From: Dehalococcoidia bacterium
GTDB lineage: Bacteria; Chloroflexota; Dehalococcoidia; Lucifugimonadales; Australimonadaceae
Direction of reading: 5' to 3'
Assembly (NCBI GenBank): GCA_965243745.1
Contig: CBDEVR010000002.1
Coordinates: forward strand, 1,108,226 to 1,172,225
Length of the DNA: 64,000 bases
The position numbers were made by a program, and so were the translations under genes. This document shows positions 59,971 through 64,000 of this stretch, piece after piece; the first letter of the stretch is position 1, and each line of letters opens with the position of its first letter. Below the pieces are notes generated by a model, which made no database searches, was not told where the DNA came from, and worked only from the letters and a program-made list of their open reading frames with translations.

Positions 59971-61722
59971 CTACCGCGTTCCCGGAGGCCCGACACGAAC
60001 CGTGATGATGTCCGTGCCGTGGAACTGCTGGTGCCGCACGGACGAGGCGTAGCGCCGCAGCAGCCGCAGCGATATCTCGTTCTCCGACACCGTCTCTTCG
60101 TCGTGCTGCTGCAACTGGCGGATGCGGTCCTCCATGTTCTCCTCGTCCCCACCGCCGAAGAACTCGAGTTCCGCGATCGGCCCCTCGCTGGACGCCAGCA
60201 CGACCAGTCGGCGCGTCTCCTGCTCGTCGCCGTCGTCCTCCATGTCCAGCGACAGGTCCAGCGGCGCGAGCGTCAGCAGCGTCTCCTCGGCAACCGCGCT
60301 CAACCGCTCCTTCATCGGCTGGTCCCACCCCCTGCTCTCGGCGAACCGCTCCGCGAACGCGAACAGGTCCGGCAGCACCTCGGCGTCGAGCTTGGACTCA
60401 AAGCGCATCCGCGGTTTCTTGGTGAACTCCAGGAAGAGGATCATCACGATGGCGGCGAGTCCTCCGGTGGTGATGGCGCTCGTCACCAGCGCCCCCAGCA
60501 CCGGACCGAGCTGCGGCAGCGTGAACAGGTCGAACTGGAACGACGCGCCTATCCAGAAGGAGATGCCCGCAACGATGAGCTTCTGCGCGTTCTGCTCGGA
60601 CTGGATCACGGTCCGCGCGCCGTCCACGAACAATATGCCGGTCACGAGAATGAGGTAGCCCGCCATCACGGGTCCCGGCAGGCTGCTCAGCAGCCCGGAC
60701 AGCTTCGGAAGGAACGCCACGACGATGAAGATGCCGCCGATGCAGTAGCCCATCCTGCGCGAAGCGATGCCGGTGACCTGGATGAAGGACACGATGGCCG
60801 GGTTCACCGCATTGGGCACTGCTCCGGTCACGCCTGCCAGCGCATTGCTCACGCCTGCGCCCGTCAATGCCCCTTGCACCTGCCGGAAATCGACGGCCTT
60901 CACCTCGCGCTGGGAGACGCGCTGGTGCGTTATCGCCTGCCCGTTCACCTGGATGGAGATGATGACGCCCAGGAAAAGGAACGCAGGCAGCAGCGTCCAG
61001 AAGTCGACCCCGAGGTCCAGCGCCAGCCCCGGCGCCTCGGAGGGAAGCCCCACCCAGGCGGACTGCGTCACCCTGCTGACGTCGTAGATGCCGAACGCCG
61101 CAGCAACGAGGACGCCCACGACGATGCCGATCATCGGCGCCCACAGGCGCAACCGCACGCTGCCCCGCATCGTGAGCGCGGTGACGACCGTCAGCGTCGC
61201 CAGCGCGGTCAGCGGGGCGGCCACCGGCTCCTCCACCGACGCGTCGTCCAGCAGCCCGAAGACCACCGACGCCAGCGTGATGGAGAGGATCATCATCACC
61301 GTGCCGCTCACGACAGGCGTCACGAGCCGCCGCAGGATGAACAGCCACCTGGCGACGATGAACTGGAACACCGCGGAGGCGAGCACCAGCGTCGTCAGCG
61401 TCGCCGGGCCGCCGTCCACCACCGCAGTGATGCAGAAGGGGATGGCGAAGGCCGCCGTGAAGAACGGCATCACGGCTCCCGCGCCCAAGGGCCCCAGGCG
61501 GCGCACCTGCACAAGCGTGGAGAGGCCCACCACCAGCAGCGAGGCGAACACCATCCACGTCACGTACGGCTCGCCCCTGTCCGATGCATCCGCGACGATG
61601 ACCGGCGTCACCAGCAGCGTGGCGGAGGCGATCATGCTGAACTGCAGTCCGAAACCCAGCGAGGTCCTCCACGATGGGTTCTCTTGTGCCTCGTACCGCG
61701 GGTTCTGAGTTGCCGTGGCCAG
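59971..61722 (-). CDS. NCS2 (xanthine/uracil-type) permease with an extra ~149-aa cytoplasmic C-terminal domain; probable CTG start
   Basis: NCS2-like TM core (GFGLQFSMIASATLLV, VTGIASRRMGYCIGGIF, LPGPVMAGYLILVTGILF). The first ATG (61635) lies inside the first conserved helix. An in-frame CTG at 61720-61722 sits 7 nt after a perfect SD GAGGAGG. Confidence 0.75.
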   Translation of the reverse strand: MATATQNPRYEAQENPSWRTSLGFGLQFSMIASATLLVTPVIVADASDRGEPYVTWMVFASLLVVGLSTLVQVRRLGPLGAGAVMPFFTAAFAIPFCITAVVDGGPATLTTLVLASAVFQFIVARWLFILRRLVTPVVSGTVMMILSITLASVVFGLLDDASVEEPVAAPLTALATLTVVTALTMRGSVRLRLWAPMIGIVVGVLVAAAFGIYDVSRVTQSAWVGLPSEAPGLALDLGVDFWTLLPAFLFLGVIISIQVNGQAITHQRVSQREVKAVDFRQVQGALTGAGVSNALAGVTGAVPNAVNPAIVSFIQVTGIASRRMGYCIGGIFIVVAFLPKLSGLLSSLPGPVMAGYLILVTGILFVDGARTVIQSEQNAQKLIVAGISFWIGASFQFDLFTLPQLGPVLGALVTSAITTGGLAAIVMILFLEFTKKPRMRFESKLDAEVLPDLFAFAERFAESRGWDQPMKERLSAVAEETLLTLAPLDLSLDMEDDGDEQETRRLVVLASSEGPIAELEFFGGGDEENMEDRIRQLQQHDEETVSENEISLRLLRRYASSVRHQQFHGTDIITVRVGPPGTR

Positions 61723-61793
61723 TGCTCGCCCTCCTCAGGCAGAGGTCATATCGCTATCGACGCAACTTTACTACGGCCACGCCCCTTCCCGTC

Positions 61794-61813
61794 ATTCCCG
61801 CACCGGCGGGAAT
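61794..61813. repeat. REP-like hairpin attcccgc-accg-gcgggaat
   Basis: Perfect 8-bp arms. Its translation gives the VIPAPAGIQ-type pseudo-ORF (track ORF 61674..62054). Confidence 0.6.
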
Positions 61814-61887
61814 CCAGGTGCGCGGGCAGCGCACGCGGTGGGGCTGGGGGAGTGGAGTTGTCATGCCGAGCGACCTCGCAGCCCGTG

Positions 61888-62796
61888 TTACCGCTGCCGT
61901 CTCGGAGCCTTCTGAGGCCGGAGCTCGCCTGCGGCCCTCGTCAGAGCCGCGCCGTACAGGAATATCATGCCCGCAACGTAGCCCCACATCAGCAGCAGGA
62001 CGAAGGAAGCGATCGGCCCGTAGACCGCGTTCCTCTGGGCGGCCAGTCCCGTGAACCAGAAGAACACGTGCTTGCCCGCCTCGAACAGCACGATGGCAGC
62101 CACCGCGCCGAACACGGCGTCCCGCCACTCCAGGCGGGCGTTCGGCATGAGGTAGTACACCAACGCGAAAAGCGCCATCGTCAGGAACGCGGGCAGCAGC
62201 GCCGAAGCAGAGCCCAGGGCAAGGACGACGACGACGGAGAGCGCTCCCAACGACTCAGCTATCCCTTCGCTGAACCGCAACGCCACCTGGAGCGACGCGC
62301 TGAGCCCCACGGACAGCAGGAACAGGAGCACGATGATCGTCGTAAGCGTCGCCTGCAGGACGGTTACGTGGAGCGTCTTCTGCGTATCAACGCCAAAGAC
62401 CCTGTTCACGGACCGGGTCGCGGCCATGAACAGCCCGTTCGCCCCCATGACGATACCGACGAATGCCAGCAGCCCGATGGCCAGCGAACCGCTGAGCAGG
62501 TGCTCTACGGCGTCCTGTATCAGGCTCTGCGACGTGGGGAAGTAGTACAGAAGGGTCGCCGTCAGCGTCTCCTTGATCGCCTGGGGCTCGCCGAAAGCGG
62601 CTATCGCCATGATGGCCAGCGCAACCGCCGGGAGGAGCGACAGGATGGTGAAGTAGGCGAGCGAGCCCGCGAGGTCGATGCCGCCTGCCTCGAGCAGGAT
62701 ACGCACCGCCCGGACCATGGCCGCGCCGCGCCATGCCCCCTTCTTCTTGGGTAACTCGCGCGATAGCTGCCGGAGCCTTGCCTGTCTGCGTCTCAT
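61888..62796 (-). CDS. YihY/BrkB (virulence factor BrkB / ribonuclease BN-like) family membrane protein
   Basis: AGSLAYFTILSLLPAV N-terminal motif, 6 TM helices and a basic tail. Confidence 0.8.
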   Translation of the reverse strand: MRRRQARLRQLSRELPKKKGAWRGAAMVRAVRILLEAGGIDLAGSLAYFTILSLLPAVALAIMAIAAFGEPQAIKETLTATLLYYFPTSQSLIQDAVEHLLSGSLAIGLLAFVGIVMGANGLFMAATRSVNRVFGVDTQKTLHVTVLQATLTTIIVLLFLLSVGLSASLQVALRFSEGIAESLGALSVVVVLALGSASALLPAFLTMALFALVYYLMPNARLEWRDAVFGAVAAIVLFEAGKHVFFWFTGLAAQRNAVYGPIASFVLLLMWGYVAGMIFLYGAALTRAAGELRPQKAPRRQR

Positions 62797-62897
62797 CCGG
62801 GCGCTCCACCGGTGTGTCCGTCAGCGTCGATTCTACGCTCCACGCATCTCTCCGGGCATTCGTTGCGCACCTGTCCGCGCCGCACTATCGTTCCCGC

Positions 62898-63773
62898 ATG
62901 AGCACGCCGCTTCCCTGTGGATACGCCAGCGAAGGGCAGGGCGTCACGCCCCTGGCCGCCGCGCTCGAGTCAGGCGCGATGCGCGACCAGGGTTTCGACG
63001 CCAGCCTCGCCAAGATGGGCGATGCGCACGCCGTCGTGGCCGGGCTGGCGTCCGGCGCCGTCGTTTTCGGCAACCTCGCCGCGCCCGCGCTGGTGCTTGC
63101 CGCGGCAGAGGGCAGGGCGGAGCTCGTCTTCCTCGCGGGCGGCGTCAACCAGCAGTTCCTCGTCGGCGCACCCGGCATGACGCTCGACACGCTCCGAGGC
63201 CAACCACTGGGCATGAGCCACCCCGGCGACCTCACCGACTTCCTCGGACAGCTCACCATCGACCGCGTACTCAGTGGGGCGGGCGAACTGCGGGCCGTTG
63301 GCGGCAGCCAGTCCCGCCTGCGGGCGCTGCTGAACGGGGAGGTCGCCGCGACGCCTCTCTCGCCGCCCACCGCCGTACAGGCACGCCATGCCGGGTGTCC
63401 CTGGCTGTACGACTACGCGGAGATGAACCTGAACTTCGCCATCGGCGGCATCGCGGCGACGCGGACGCTCGTCGAGTCCCAGCCGGAGCTCGTGGAGCGC
63501 TTCCTGCGCGGCTACCTGGAGGGGCAGCGACGCTACAAGCGGGACCGGGAGTTCGGCGTCGCCGTGCACGAGAAGTACGGCGAGACCACGCGCGTCATCG
63601 CGGAGGAGACCTACGACGTCACCCACGCAGGATTCCGCGACTTTCCCGACCCCGCCACCGAGGGCATGCGGATGCTCGTCGACTTCTGGAAGGGCGTCGG
63701 CATCATCCCGGAAGCGTTCCGCGTCGAGAACATCGTCGACTCCGGCCCGATCGCCGCGGTCTGTGGCGTGTAA
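62898..63773 (+). CDS. NMT1/THI5-like (SsuA-type) substrate-binding domain protein, no obvious signal peptide
   Basis: Periplasmic-binding-protein type 2-like pattern, judged by eye only. ATG at 62898; the track extension from 62733 was rejected. Confidence 0.5.
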   Translation: MSTPLPCGYASEGQGVTPLAAALESGAMRDQGFDASLAKMGDAHAVVAGLASGAVVFGNLAAPALVLAAAEGRAELVFLAGGVNQQFLVGAPGMTLDTLRGQPLGMSHPGDLTDFLGQLTIDRVLSGAGELRAVGGSQSRLRALLNGEVAATPLSPPTAVQARHAGCPWLYDYAEMNLNFAIGGIAATRTLVESQPELVERFLRGYLEGQRRYKRDREFGVAVHEKYGETTRVIAEETYDVTHAGFRDFPDPATEGMRMLVDFWKGVGIIPEAFRVENIVDSGPIAAVCGV

Positions 63774-63863
63774 AGGGCGCGGAGCGCACGCCAGCCTTAT
63801 GCACAGCATCGCCTATGACTACGGTCTGGAGATGTGGTTCTTGCCAGCCTAGGGGATGGCCCC

Positions 63864-63893
63864 TTGACAGGCAACTCTACGGTTGCGTATCGT
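63864..63893 (+). promoter_or_regulatory. candidate promoter of the ArsR-family gene (near-leaderless)
   Basis: TTGACA, an 18-nt spacer, then TATCGT, with the ATG 8 nt downstream of the -10. Confidence 0.45.
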
Positions 63894-63901
63894 GTGCGTG
63901 C

Positions 63902-64000
63902 ATGAACGAAGACCTAGTCTTCAGGGCACTCGCGGACTCAACACGGAGGTTGATGCTGCACGAGTTCTCTGAGCGCAAGGAGCAGACGCTCTACGAACTC
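63902..64000 (+). CDS. ArsR/SmtB family transcriptional regulator, N-terminal 33 codons (runs off the window)
   Basis: My translation is MNEDLVFRALADSTRRLMLHEFSERKEQTLYEL. ALADxTRRxIL is the ArsR HTH signature. Confidence 0.7.
   Translation, partial: MNEDLVFRALADSTRRLMLHEFSERKEQTLYEL

Noticed and set aside
61723-61887. Purine riboswitch upstream of the NCS2 permease
   Set aside because: The three-way-junction consensus (tataat...ctaccgggc...) is absent. The region is instead occupied by the REP-like element, the uORF and the SD.
61674-62054. 126-aa + strand ORF containing VIPAPAGIQ
   Set aside because: It is a translation of a REP-like palindrome plus the antisense of the YihY gene end.
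60019-62754. 911-aa + strand ORF
   Set aside because: It is antisense to the NCS2 permease and the YihY gene and crosses a non-coding repeat region.
62797-62897. TPP or other riboswitch upstream of the NMT1/THI5-like gene
   Set aside because: No ctgaga / accctg-type TPP core or other recognisable riboswitch motifs were seen by eye.

Overview
This is a visibly GC-rich, densely coding bacterial chromosomal segment (GC content was not computed). I saw no transposase, integrase, phage genes or CRISPR array.

Gene order, left to right:
- The 5' part of a caa3-type cytochrome oxidase operon (ctaD, ctaC, minus strand).
- A stand-alone 23S rRNA gene with its own near-consensus promoter, followed by two tandem initiator tRNA-Met genes. 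There is no 16S or 5S in the window.
- Two RDD-family paralogs, a membrane protein and a nitroreductase.
- The conserved minus-strand cluster rpsB-tsf-pyrH-frr-uppS-cdsA-(small cytochrome c)-dxr-rseP-ispG.
- A MacB/FtsX-type ABC exporter.
- apt, thiolase, rpoB and rpoC.
- Heme O/A synthesis genes ctaB-ctaA plus a COX2-TM-like mini-protein.
- Two dienelactone-hydrolase paralogs and a flavoprotein disulfide oxidoreductase.
- menB and menA, separated by a Phd/VapC toxin-antitoxin cassette.
- A 695-aa VWA protein with no adjacent MoxR ATPase.
- A 1836-aa mosaic surface/membrane protein (GLUG repeats, P/T linkers, plant-type LRRs, polytopic C-terminal half). It is translationally coupled to a lipoprotein gene and faces a divergent HisKA_3/LuxR two-component system.
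- A form-II (AYRGAGR) CoxSLM-like molybdoenzyme cluster with coxG, a MoxR/CoxD ATPase and a VWA/CoxE protein.
- A minus-strand operon: NCS2 permease, NAD-formate dehydrogenase, Zn-ADH, VOC protein, ornithine cyclodeaminase.
- A YihY/BrkB protein, an NMT1-like binding protein and the start of an ArsR regulator.

Best candidates for something undescribed:
- The giant mosaic protein module (about 40-48.3 kb).
- The NCS2 permease, which has an extra C-terminal domain and an apparent CTG start behind a 4-codon uORF.
- The 23S-tRNAfMet-tRNAfMet operon lacking both 16S and 5S.

Many long ORFs in the supplied track are antisense or out-of-frame artefacts of the high GC content and were rejected. All calls come from reading motifs by eye. 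No searches were run.
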